This document shows, piece by piece, positions 1-12,211 of a stretch of DNA of 64,000 nt. Origin of the DNA: the human T2T-CHM13v2.0 reference genome, Homo sapiens; NCBI RefSeq assembly GCF_009914755.1, contig NC_060945.1. The stretch is one strand, 5' to 3'. The notes under the pieces were generated by a model. It was not told the origin of the DNA. It saw only the letters and a list, made by a program, of their open reading frames with translations, and searched no databases. Both the position numbers and the translations under genes were made by a program. Numbering within the stretch: the stretch's first letter is position 1; the number at the start of each line of letters is the position of its first letter.

Positions 1-59
1 ATAAAATCTTTTGCTTAGCTAATTCACTCAGACTTCTTCTAATCTTCTACCATGGCCAC

Positions 60-345
60 ACGATTTATTCATTCATTCAAGAAATCTTTATTATAATTAC
101 TTAATATGTGTTCTTGTAAATGGCAGAGATATAATGATGAATAAATGGTGGTCACTAAACTTGTGAAATTTACAACCTAGTAGAGAGGAAAAGCAAACAA
201 AAAAGGTTACAAAAGTGGTAGATGCTATGTATTTAGGATATATATATTCAGTACAGCAGAGGCATTAGAGAATGAGTGGACGACTTTTCTGATTCTTAGG
301 CCCACTGATGCCACACTGGACTCTTGAAAGAACAGAATGATGAGG
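60..345 (-). mobile_element. L2 LINE 3' remnant (very old)
   Basis: Starts with TTCATTCATTCA, the reverse complement of the L2 (TGAA)n tail, followed by degenerate L2 3' sequence. Confidence 0.55.
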
Positions 346-355
346 AAGGGAAGAG

Positions 356-922
356 TTTTTTTTCTCATCTTTTATTTTAGGCTCAGGGGATACATGTGCA
401 GGTTTGTTACATGGGTATAATGTGTGTCATTGGAGTTTGGTATACAAATGATTTCATCACCCAGGTAGTGAGCATAGTACCTGATAGGTAGTTTTTTTAC
501 CCTCACCATCCTCCCACCCTCAAGTAGGCCCTAGTGTCTATTGTTCTCATCTTTGTATCCATGTGTGCTCAATGTTTAGTTCCCACTTATAAGTGAGAAC
601 ATGGGGTATGTGGTCTGCTGTTCTGCATTAATTTGCTTAGGATAATGGCCTCCAGCTTCATCCACGTTGCAGCAAGGACATTATTTCATTTTCTTTTGTG
701 GTTGCATAGTATTCCATTGTGTATATGTACCACATTTTCTTCATAATCCACTATTGATGGGCATCTAGGTTAATCCCATGTCTTTGCGAATGTGAATAGT
801 GCTGGCATGAACATATGGGTGCATGTGTCTTTCTGTTAGAGCGAGTTATATTCCTTTGGGTATATACCGGAAATCGGATTGCCAGGTCAATGGTAGATCT
901 GTGTTAAGTTCTTTGAGAAACC
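356..922 (-). mobile_element. L1PA (older primate, about L1PA13-16) 3' end, 5'-truncated
   Basis: T-rich tail, then GATACATGTGCAGGTTTGTTACATGGGTATA...CCCACTTATAAGTGAGAACATG, the reverse-complemented L1PA 3' UTR and ORF2 end. Confidence 0.9.
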
Positions 923-1039
923 CGAAAAGTGAGTTTTGAAAAGCCTTGTGCTCTAGATAAACCAAATTACTTAAGATTTCTTTTATTCTCTCTCTCCTTT
1001 AATATGTCGTATAACTACACATATTGCTCCTAATTAAAA

Positions 1040-1297
1040 TGTCTCCTCTTTCAGACACCCAATTCACTCCTTCTAAGCCATCTCAAAAGTCATCTATCAT
1101 GCAGACCTTTTATGACTCTCCCAAAAACTAAATCATTCTCTTCTCTCTGATCCATAGCTTATTGGTAACTCTAATCTACACTGTAGTCATTTGCTTCCAC
1201 TTCAGTTATTTAGAGGGAGGAGTTATGTGTTTTCCATCTTCGCATCCTGATTTCTGGCAAATAACAACCAGAGTCTCCATTATCATCTGTTGAATGG
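1040..1297 (+). mobile_element. L2 remnant
   Basis: Degenerate L2 3' motifs ending in TCTGTTGAATG. Confidence 0.45.
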
Positions 1298-1299
1298 TT

Positions 1300-1500
1300 A
1301 CAGCACACCAAGTGTTTGATGTACATTATCACTAATTTTCACAATAATCCTTAACTGTAAACATTATTATCATGCTTACATCTGACTAAGGGGCAGAGAG
1401 GCTGTGTTTACCTAGCTCAACACAGTTAGTAAGTGGTGAAGCTGAGTTTGAAATTTAGGTGTCAATCTCTCTCCAAAACCTATATATTCTTATTGATGAA
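1300..1500 (-). mobile_element. MIR SINE
   Basis: CACAGTTAGTAAGTGGTGAAGCTGAGTTTGAA matches the reverse MIR core. Confidence 0.7.
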
Positions 1501-2366
1501 CTACAGTATCATCCTAGTCGATAGTGAAGGAATGTTGAAAGGATAAATAGATAGATTCATGAATAAATCAGTGGTTGAGTACATGATCTTCTAGAGTTGA
1601 AATAATAAAATATTAGCACAAGCTCCATACCCATTAGCTTCTTCTCATATGTGAGATAATACTGAAACCCACAAAATTTTATTGTAGTCTTGCTGCGTAT
1701 ATCCTAATTGTCTGTCTTGATCTGCTTATGTCTTATATAGACATATACACAAAAATAATTGCTTTTTTAAATGAAAACTTCCATAAGATTCCACCTAGTA
1801 GAACATAAAATAATACAGCTGAACATATGTAATTACATTATGTAATTATGCTATGTAATGCCACATAAGGTATTATCAATAGATTAAGTGTTTTTGTCCA
1901 GATAGAAAACAATCTGATAAATAAAATGTGATTATTGCTGTCATTAGATATACTTTAGAAAGATATTTTCACTTGTTTCAGATCTTATACCTAATATCCT
2001 AAGTTATGTTGTAACTTCATCACATGTAATGTGTGATATATAAATACCCAAATAGGAATAGATCATATTTTGGTGTCATTTGGTGTTTATCTTGCCTGGA
2101 AATCCTAGAAACCAGAAACCAGAGGGTGACAGACAATTCTCAGTTTTGTGCATTTTGTATTAACTTTCATAAGCAAGTTCTATAATTTGCAACCTCATGA
2201 AGACAACAAAAAGTTGAGGCTGATTATGTCTACTAAATAGTTACCTTGGGCATACTTCTATAGTTAATGTCCAGTGAGATTTTAGTATTAACTTACTATG
2301 GCTTCCATATTCCTCAGCATACATTAAACTATGCTGCAGTAACACATCAACCCCTAATTCCAAGGA

Positions 2367-3235
2367 TATGGTAGGTCAAATAATGATATCTGATATGACG
2401 TGGATGTTTGTCCCCTCCAAATTTCATGTTGAAGTTTGACCCCCAGTGTTGGAGGTGGGCCTAGTGGGAGATGTTCAGGTCATGGGAGCTGATACCTCAG
2501 GAATGGCTTGGTGTTGTCTTCATGGTAGTGAATGAGTTCTCACTCTACGAGTTCACGTGATGTACTGGCTCCCTCTTTGCCTTCCACCATGACTGTAAGC
2601 TTCCTGAGGCCTCACCACAAGCCAAACAGATGCACGTGCCATGCTTGCACAACCTACAGAAACATGAACCAAATAAAACCCTTTTCTTTATAAATTACCC
2701 AGTCTCAAGTATTCCTTTATAGCAATGCAGAATGGCTTAATATAGTCTCCAATGGTGTCCATATCCTAATCTCAAGAACCTGTAACTATGTTACCTTATT
2801 TAGCAAGAGGGACTTTGCAGATTAAGTTAAGAATGTTGGAATGGGGAACTCTGCTGGATTATTTGGGTGGGTCCGAGTAATCACACAGGTCCTCATAAGA
2901 TGGAGGCAAGAAGGTCAGAGCGAGAGAAGAAAATGTGAAATTAGAAGTAGCAAACAGGGAGACAAGGAGAGGAAAACACAGATTTGAAGATGTTATGCTG
3001 TTAGCTTTGAAGATGAAGGAAGGGGCCACAAGCCAAGGAATACTGGTATCCTGTAGAAGTTGCAAAAAGCAAGGAAATAGATTCTCCCCAAGAGCATCTA
3101 GTAGCACTATACAGCTTTGACAACATCTTGATTTTAGAACTTCTCAATCCCACAACTATAAGATAATAAATTTGCTTTGTTTTAAGCCACTTAGTTCACG
3201 GTAATTTGTTATAGTAACAATAGGAAACTAAGATA
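2367..3235 (+). mobile_element. MLT1D LTR, interrupted by MSTB
   Basis: GGGACTTTGCAGATTAAG, GAAGATGAAGGAAGGGGCCACAAGCCAAGGAAT and terminal GGAAACTAAGATA. TSD AAGGA/AAGGT. Confidence 0.85.
2391..2744 (+). mobile_element. MSTB-type MaLR solo LTR
   Basis: TGATATG...TGTCCCCTCCAAATTTCATGTTGAA...ATAAATTACCCAGTCTCAAGTATTCCTTTATAGCAATGCA. Degenerate TSD ATATC/GTCTC. Confidence 0.88.
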
Positions 3236-4275
3236 AAGGTCCTTAACATAAAAAAGAGTTACCACTTTAGACATGCCACATGTCCATCACTGGTCAGTGG
3301 CAGGGCTTTTCCTTATATAGTCACTTAAGAACTCAGGTAGACATAGATTCTACTATTTGAAAAGTCACTGGTCACCAGAGCAGGAAGAAGAAAGTATATG
3401 GAGAACTCAGACCCATTCTTCTATACTTCAGTCTAGATGGTAACACATGTCACTTCTGTTCATTATCAGTTGGCCAGAAAGTCATATAATCTTGCAAACT
3501 ACAGAGAGTTGACAAGTGTAACCTCCTATGAGCCTGAAGGGAAAGAAGAACTGGATTTTAATCAGCACTGAATTCGACATTTTAATATCTACCTTAGCCT
3601 CATACTAGGGAGTCCATGAAAATCTTGAGAAAAGGTGGAAAGAAATGTTTCTTACCTGATGGGTCTAGATTCCTCTCTTTCATAGTTCCAGATCTGCTCT
3701 TGTGTGCCAGTGTGTGTTGAAATGACCTGCTCCTTATGTTACCAGAGCCTATGTTGTTAACTACAGAGAATTCTCAGTATCTGAAATTCTTCACATTTAG
3801 ATGTCATGCAAAGAATATTAACTCTTTCTACAGCTCTAGTTATTGCAATGCAATACACAATCAATGAATTTGAAAAATTTGTTTCTCCAAAGTTGCAAAT
3901 ACAAATCATGCTGAGCCTTGCATCTCTTTATTTCTCAGTTTTATTGCTTTCTTTATCATATTTGATGCATACTTCAGAACAGCGGAAAGATATAACCCAC
4001 TTTTTCTTTTCATAGTTGACAGCAAAGTACAGGTAGGGCAAAATCTGAAAACAGCTCCCAACACAGTTGGACACCAACCCTGCTAGAGTACTCTAGAGAG
4101 GATGCTTAACCATGTCATGCAAATTTTTTGTAATTTTTTTGCATATGTACCTTACAATATTCACATTTGGCTGTAATGGCATAGTATATGTAATGAAATG
4201 TGATAGATAAGCAAAATCTTTTTAAATATTTCCATAAAAGAGAGACAATATTAAACTATTAACAACTGACCACTC

Positions 4276-4844
4276 TATGATACATGGACTCCTAAGACAG
4301 GCCCCATTGATCCCTGCCTCCTATATAATCTCATACCCTTGTGTGATATCTTTCCCTTGAGTATGCCCTGGACTTAATGACTTGTTTCTAATGAATTGAA
4401 TGTAACAAAAGTGATGGGATGTCATTTCAGTCCTTAAGTTGCAAAAGACTGACTTTCCTCTTCCTTGCAGATTCTCTCTCTCTTGCTGTTTTTGATGAAG
4501 CAGGCTGCTATGTAGAAGTGGCCAGGTGGCAAGAAACTGAGGTTAGCCTCTGGCCAACAGTCAGCAGGAAACTGAGGCCCTCTGACCAAGAGCCTGCAAG
4601 GAATTGAATTATGCCAACAACCAAGTGAGTGAGCTTGCAAGTGGATCTTTCCACAGTTGATCCTTAAAATTAGACCTCAGCCCCAGATGTCACAATGATT
4701 GTAGCCTGTGGAAGATCCTAAGCAGAAAACCCAATTAAGTTTTACCTACATTCCCAGCCCACAGAAACTGTGAGATACTCAGTATGCTGTTTTAAGTCAT
4801 TTAGTTTGGGGTAATTTATTACATAGCAGCATATAATTAAGACA
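4276..4844 (+). mobile_element. MLT1F-type LTR
   Basis: AGTGATGGGATGTCATTTC, GCCTCTGGCCAACAGTCAGCAGGAAACTGAGG, CCCACAGAAACTGTGAGATA. Confidence 0.8.
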
Positions 4845-6149
4845 CTAGACATTTTATTTCTTCGGGATTTTTGTTTTTGTTTTTCTTTATTTTTTATGTT
4901 GTTCCAACATGTTTGCTTTTTCCTCTTCTAATAGGTTCAAGAATAGTGAGAAAAAGGAAAATTAAAGTGTTGGAGTAAATGGTTTTGGCAATAATAAAAT
5001 GTAGATTCAATTTTTTTGATATTTAAGAATGAAATTTTGTAAGAGATATTTATTTTTAAAGGGAGCTGCTCTAGAATCTAGACATTAATATGTCCCCAAA
5101 ATGTGTTTACAGATTTCTCCATTCACACACACAAAATCTAATTTCTACCTTAGTTTACAGAAATCCACCCTTTGTGTAAGGTGAGTTATACCTAACAGAA
5201 GTTTATCACTTTCTTATTAAAGAACTCTATGTCTTTGGTCTCTTCTTCCTAATGAATATCAACATTTGAGGAGAAAGATATATAATCAGGAGGGAAAAGT
5301 GATCTGAAATAAAGACTTGAATATTGTTATTAGATTTAGACTATGTTAAGATGAATTGCTCTCTCATGGAAAGACTCAATAACTTATGCCTAAGAATAAT
5401 ATAATAATCACAACGATAGCCATATTGTTGTTTTGAATTTGGGTAACAGAAGAACATAGATCTTTAAACTATTAGGCATATCTTTTCTGCTCAAAACAAT
5501 TTCTTTACATTTTATCCCTTTAAGTCCTTTAAAGCTTATCACACAGAAAAAATAACAGTCTGGGAGAGGAAGACTAAAGAAATCAACTTTCTTCAGAGCA
5601 CATATAGATTTATTGTAGCCAATTGATGACACTGCAAAACTGGCACAAAGGCAAATACTTAATAAATAAATGAAAATCAGAGTGGATCAGTTCAGTGCTG
5701 TATGTTTTGAACCGGGTCCTCAAAGGCAAGTCATCATCAGAAGAAAGAAAAATGCATTTAAGGAGCGTTAATTATTGTCTATCTCCAAGACCAAAATAAA
5801 AAAAGCTTAAAACTTTTAGACTGTTAAAAATCTACTATACTAGGATATTAAAGTATTTTAAAGAAAATGAGATTTATGCTTAATAAAAAAATTCCCATTA
5901 AACAGCAAACTATTAGAAGAGAAAATCATTCTGAATCTCTACACTTCTCAATCCAAATACAATGCCATGAGCTATAATTCAGTAAAAAGCTCTATATTTT
6001 GGATCCTGAAGCTTGACTCATAATTGAAAGGAAACCCTCCTAATTCATGATTGCTTGTCTCACGTACATTACAGAGTAACCTTTACTGTAGTTTCAAAGT
6101 TTAAGATTTTATTTACAGTAGTTTTTGCGAGGTCGTCAATTGACACAAT

Positions 6150-6312
6150 GTAGTTGCTATTTGTGAAAGACAACAATTTGAACTGCAACTTGAAATCAAT
6201 TGGAAACCAGTCCAGTCTCTAGAGGACACTTGCAATATGCTTCACGGGGCTAACCCCATTAAGCATCAAATGCAGCTACAAACTCAGCACACTAAATGAA
6301 GCTTTTCTATTG
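6150..6312 (-). mobile_element. Ancient L2-clade LINE ORF2 C-terminal relic
   Basis: Minus-strand translation IEKLHLV...LNGVSPVKHIASVL*RLDWFPIDFKLQFKLLSFTNS resembles the L2-clade motif KLQLVQN.AARL...HITPVL..LHWLPI..RI.FK.L. Confidence 0.6.
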
Positions 6313-6529
6313 CACAAGAGAATAACTTCACATGAATGACAATTTCTGTAATGCTTAGGCTTGACAAAATCTTTAACCTTAAGTGTAATACTAATCAAAA
6401 TAATTCCAGGAAATATTGTTTACACATTATCATCTGGAACTAGCTGGTAAGGATTGAGAAGTTTGTCAATAATTAGGTGCTCTGACTTTTATATAACTTA
6501 TAAGTAGAGTTGTCAACTCTAAAATCTGG

Positions 6530-6625
6530 GGAGTTTGGTAGCTCTGTTAAGTTGGGGAAAATGTAGATCCCCAGCCTCAGTATTCTCATCTCTAATATGG
6601 GAATTCTGGAACAAATGATCCTGTA
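6530..6625 (+). mobile_element. MIR fragment
   Basis: GCCTCAGTATTCTCATCTCTAATATGGG is the MIR core. Confidence 0.6.
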
Positions 6626-6631
6626 TCGATA

Positions 6632-7092
6632 CACTATTGCTGTACAACAAATTAAGCTTAATGGATGAAGATAACCACTTATTATTTTGTTTCAACTCAG
6701 GGACTGGCTCAGCAGCTCTGCTGCTCTGGGCCATGCTCACCTGCTCTCAGCTGGGCTCACTCATGCATCTGCTATCAGCTGGCTGGTTAACTGTAGTTAG
6801 TTTATCTTGATGGCATCATTGGGGAAACTCAGCTCTCTTTCACTGGACTTCTCTTATATTTCTCCAGCAAACTGGAAAGGGTGTGTTCTCGTGGCAGGGG
6901 CAGGAGTCTACAAAAGAAAGCAGAAATGCAGAAACACATTTCAGGCTTCTGCTTGCATCAGTTCCACTAAAATCCCATTGTTCTCGTCATGTAGCCAACT
7001 TAGAATAAGAATGGGGAGGTCACTACCAAAGGGCATGAAATAGAAAGGCATGAGGCATGGAAAATTAGATCCATTAGTATAATCACCTTACA
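6632..7092 (-). mobile_element. MLT1H/I-type LTR
   Basis: CAGCTGGGCTCACTCATGCATCTGC and TTTCAGGCTTCTGCTTGCATCA...ATCCCATTG motifs. Confidence 0.7.
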
Positions 7093-8337
7093 ATAATCTT
7101 AAAGTTGCTTTTCTGCAGATAATTGTTTGAGTATAGGTTTTTTAAAAGAGGCATCCAACACAAAATACTGGAAAATATACTGTGAGTGAGGAGGGAATAT
7201 AAGAGAAAGAAAATCAACTACCTCTTCTCTGCCAATAAGTCTTTGTGTAATTAGATATGAAAGGCCCACACTTGAAAAAAGATCAGATATATTTTAATTA
7301 AAAGTGAGTACCTTACAACTGACTGATCTACTTTTCATGCATTTTTCTCTTAACATTTTTCTGTCAAAGTTTTTCAAAATATAATAACCAAGCAAGGAAA
7401 ATACAACAGATAACTATGTTTGATGAATGCCTGATTACATACATTCATTTTCACTTCTCATTCTCATTCGAGTAAGAGCAAAAGAAACATGAATGGGGAG
7501 AAAAGGGGAGTAATATAGTATTTTTAAAAAGAAAGAATATTAGGGGTTTTATTTTTACACATTTCCTTTAATGCCCATCAGAGACCCATTATAATATCGA
7601 AGGGCATCTTTTGTTCGGTGTAGTTGTACTGATAGATAATGAGGAGTAATCTGAACCAAGTACATTGCACTGTGATGTCATACCCAGGAACTGTTTTATA
7701 AACCACTACTAGATAAAAGACCTCTTCCCTTATTGACTTCTTCTTTTAGGACTCTAGAGGAACCCTATTAAATTTCATCTTCAAATTCTGCCCATAGACA
7801 GTCTTAAAATTCAAGGTTATAAGTCATATTCTTGACCACTGGTTAAATCACCCAGTAATAAAAATGCATTTCTTCCCTGTTTTGAAGGATAACCCTGAGA
7901 ACTAAGGTATGGTAAAGGACAAAGCTATGTAAGCACATATAAATCACAGTTATGTTTTTGCAGTAGGTCATGATATTTCTGCCTCCAACCCCTCTCTTCT
8001 TTTCCTCTGAGGTAGATTCTAAAACTTTGAACGAACACACTTACAGTGATGTTTATACATTTATACTTTACAAATCATTTAAAGTAATACAGTATTCAAC
8101 TCTATAATTCTAATTTTCTAATAATTCCTCAATTGAGTTAAAAGCTATGACCAATTTGACTAATGCATGAAAAATTAACTGACTTATCAGAGGTCACATC
8201 AATCAACCACTCTGCCAAGACAAGAAATCTCATAGTTTGGCTGTTGAAGCATTTATTTAACTAATATCCCTAGAGGAGTCAAGCTATAGCAGACCTTTAC
8301 ATATTCAAAATGTCTTGAAGGCTCATCTTTTAAAAGT

Positions 8338-8690
8338 TGTCTTAGTCTGTATGGGCTGCTATAACAAAATGTCATAAATGGGGTAGCTTATGAGCAACAG
8401 AAATTTATTTCTCATAGTTCTGAAGGCTGGGAAATCCAAGATCAAGGCACTGACAGATTTGTTGTCTAGTGTAGGCCCACTTTCTGGCTCATCAATGACA
8501 TCTTGCTATGCAGTCACACGGTGGATGGGGTAAGAAATCTCTCTCTGGCATCTTCTGGAAGAACTCTAATCCCATTTGTGAGGGTTCCTCCCCCAAGACC
8601 TAATCATTTCCCAAAGGCCCCACCTTCTAATACAATCACCTTGGGGGTGAGGATTTCAACATATTTGGACATAAATGTCAGACCATAACA
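8338..8690 (-). mobile_element. MLT1A-type LTR
   Basis: TGTCTTAGTCTG...GCTGCTATAACAAAAT...CAGAAATTTATTTCTCATAGTTCTG...GGATTTCAACATAT...CCATAACA. Confidence 0.88.
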
Positions 8691-8941
8691 AAAATCATTT
8701 TATATTCTATGTCATAACGTGACCCTGTTAAGATAGCATAAAGGCATTTGGAATTTCTAATCTTTTATTCCCAGTCCACATGTAAACTGGCACAAGAGGA
8801 ATAAGCTGTAGGCTCATCCTGTGGTTTCAATAACCCATATCCCACTGCCATTTGTTCCAGCTTGGGAAACATGACCCTAAGCCAGTCTGTGCTGCACTGT
8901 TTGTATTATTCCAACAATCAAAGTTTCATTTTTTCTATATT

Positions 8942-11242
8942 TGTATCAGTCCATTTTCACACTGCTGATAAGGACATACCAGAGACTGGGAAGAAAAAGA
9001 GGATTAATTGGACTTACAGTTCCACATGGCTGGGAAGGCCTCAGAATCATGGTGGAAGGTGAAAGGAACCTCTTACACGGTGGTGGCAAGAGAAAATGTG
9101 AAGGAAGCAAAAGTGGAAACCCCCGATAAACCCGTCAGATCTCGTGAAACTCACTCACTATCACAAGAATAGCACAGGAAAGACCAGCCCCCATGATTCA
9201 ATTACCTCCCTGTGGGTCCCTCCCACAACACGTGGGAATTCTGGGAGATATAATTCAAGTTGAGATTTGGGTGGGGACACAGGCAGACCATATCATTCTG
9301 TATCATTCTGCCCCTGGCCCCTCCAAATCTCACGTCCTCACATCTCAAAACGAATCATGCCTTCCCAGCAGTCCCCCAAAGTCTTAACTCATTTCAGCAT
9401 TAACCCAGAAGTCCACAGTCCAAAGTCTCATCTGAGACAAGCAAATCCCTTCCATCTATGAGCCTGTAAAATCAAAAGCAAGCTAGTTACTTCCTAGATA
9501 CAATGGGGGTACAGGTATTGGGTAAATACAGCAATTCCAAGTGAGAGAAATTGGCCAGAACAAAGGGGTTACAGGGCCCCTGCTAGTCCAAAATCCAGCA
9601 GGGTAGTCAGATTTTAAAGCTTAAAAGTTACTTTTTTTGACTCCTGATCTCACATCCAGGTCATGCTGATGCAAGGGGTGGATTCCCATGGTGTTGGGCA
9701 GCTCTGCTCCTGTGTCTTTGCAGGGTACAGCCCCCCCTCCCAGCTGTTTTCATGGGCTGGTGTTTAGAGTTTGTTGCTTTTCTAGGCACATGGTGCAAGC
9801 CATCAGTAAATCTACCATTCTGGGGTCTGAAGGATGGTGGTCCTTTTCCCAGAGTTCCACTGGGCTGTGCCCTAGTAGGGACTCGGTGTGGGGGCTCCTA
9901 CCCCACATTTTCCTTCCACACTGCTCTAGCAGAGGTTCTCCATGAGGGCCCCACTCCTGCAGCAAACTTTTGCCTGGGCATCCAGGCATTTCCATACATC
10001 TTCTGAAATCTAGGTGAGGGTTCCTAAACCTCAATTTTTAACTTCTGTGCACGTGCAGGCTCAACACCACATGGAAGCTGCCAAGGCTTGGGGCTTCCAA
10101 CCACTGAAGCCACAGCCCGAGCTCTACATTGGCTCCTTTTCAACCATGGCTGGAGCAGTAGGAAAACAGGACACCAAGTCCCCAGGTTGCACACCTCATG
10201 GGCACCCTAGGCCTGGCCTGGCCTACAGAATCACTTTTTCCTCCTAGGCCTCTGGGCCTGTGATGAGAGGGACTGCCATGAAGGTCTCCGACATGACCTG
10301 GAGACATTTTCCTCATTATCTTGGGGATTAACATTAGGCTCCTGGCTCCTTATGCACATTTCTGCAGCTGGATTGAATTTCTCCCCAGAAAATGGGTTTT
10401 TCTTTTCTATCACATTGTCAGGCTGCAAATTTTCTGAACATTTATGCTCTACTTCCCTTATAAAACTGAATACCTTTAACAGTACCCAAGTCACCTCTTG
10501 AATGCTTTGCTGCTTAGAAATTTCTTCCATCAGATACCCTAAATCATCGTTCTTGAGTTTAAAGTTCCACAAATCCCTAGGGGAGGGGCAAAATGCCACC
10601 AGTCTGTTTGCTAAAACATAACAAGAGTCACCTTTGCTTCAGTTCCCAACAACTTCCTCATCTCCTCCTCTGAGACAGCCTCAGCCTGGACCTTATTGTC
10701 AATATCTCTATCAAGCTTTTGTTCAAAGCCATTCAACAAGTCTCTAGGAAGTTCCAAACTTTCCCACATTTTCCTGTCTTCTTCTGAGCCCTCCAAACTG
10801 TTTCAACCTCTGCCTGTTACCCAGTTCCAAAGTTGCTTCCACATTTTTGGGTATCTTCTCAGCAGTACCCCACTCTCAGTACCAATTTACTGTATTAGTC
10901 CATTTTCACACTGCTGATAAAGACATACCCAAGACTGGTAAGAAAAGGAGGTTTAATTGAATTTACAACTCCATGTGGCCGGGGAGGCCTCAGAATCATG
11001 GCAGGAGGTGAAATGCACTTCTTACATGGCAGCAGCAAGAGAAAATGAGGAAGAAGCAAAAGTGGAAACCCCTGATAAACCCATCAGATCTCGTGAGGCT
11101 TATTCACTATCATGGATAGCACGGGAAAGACCAGCTCCCATGATTCAATTACCGTCCCCTGGGTCCCTCCCACAACATGTGGGAATTCTGGGAGATACAA
11201 TTCAAGTTGAGATTTGAATGGGGACACAGCCAAACCATATCA
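8942..11242 (-). mobile_element. Complete THE1 MaLR element (THE1A/B-like): LTR 8942-9295, internal 9296-10890, LTR 10891-11242
   Basis: Two homologous ~350-bp LTRs (TGTAT...CCATATCA), TSD ATATT/ATGTT, and an internal ORF remnant at 10231-10599 (RDLWNFKLKNDDLGYLMEEISKQQSIQEVTW) typical of THE1-int. Confidence 0.95.
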
Positions 11243-12192
11243 ATGTTAAAACAAAATCCTAACATAATTTTTTGTCTTACATATTGAACTTGGAATTCCT
11301 GGCTTTTTATTTACTTGGAACTTCAAAAATTGTTATAGATATACCACTTTTTTTTTTCTGTCAGGACCTAATTCTTATTTTAAAAAGTTACATGATGTCA
11401 GTTTCAATTTCTCTTGAGATTTCACTTGGATAACACAGACTATCACAATTTTGCCTTTAATTCACTCTCTGGTGAATTGCTCTGCTCTATCATTAAGGTT
11501 TTGAGCCTACCTTTATAAAATGGGCACAAAAAGGAAGTAAAAATTATGGTTCTTACATTCACTTCTTATGCATGTAAGAAAGGATAGAAAGATAATTTGG
11601 AGCTATATTACAAAATGAGTCAGAATCTGCCTACTAGTTCTGGAGGTCTTTCACAAACTCTCAAATTCTTGGTAAAACACAGCACTCTTTTAAAATGTCA
11701 TGTTACATGGCCATTCACTGCCTATTATACTACTACACTCAAGCCCATGATTTCAGAAAGTCCCTGTCAAAAGGAGGTTCAGAGTGCAACTAGATTTTTA
11801 TAACTACCATTTAAATCATCAATATAGAATATGCTTCTTTGCTCTTAATTTACTTTTCATTTCTATTTGGTGGGGAGTTCATCATTAAAATCCTCCCTGG
11901 AAGGTTTGCAAAGATAGAACTTTGGTTGAGGATGGAGGCAGAGGCAGCACTGGCCAATCCAGACTGCAGGGATCACTTTACAGGTCTTGAGAAAAAATAG
12001 TGGTAGGAAGGGAAGTAAGCAGGAGAGAGGAATTAACTAAAGAGAAGTAAAACGTGTCTTGTTTAAACTAGTGGAAGCAATGAAAATTTAGCAGCCATTG
12101 TTTGTCTCTTTATTCCTTATTTATAAAACTAAAGAGTAAACTATATTTTTAGGTTAGGTTTTAATTTATGGGAAAGGGAAAGAAACCTAAAA

Positions 12193-12211
12193 GAAGCCCC
12201 CTGCTGGCCAC
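12193..12211 (-). promoter_or_regulatory. Candidate CTCF binding site
   Basis: Reverse complement GTGGCCAGCAGGGGGCTTC is close to the CTCF core TGGCCASYAGRKGGCR, in otherwise AT-rich DNA with no recognisable repeat. Confidence 0.55.

Larger units (their letters stand above)
2315..3575 (-). mobile_element. Old MaLR LTR (MLT1J/K/L-like), interrupted by MLT1D
   Basis: CTATGCTGCAGTAACA start. Resumes after 3240 with CATGTCACTTCTGTTCATTATCAGTTGGCCAGAA. Confidence 0.6.

Noticed and set aside
10231-10599. 122-aa ORF, the longest in the track
   Set aside because: It is a fragment of the common THE1-internal ORF with broken neighbouring frames, not a host gene.
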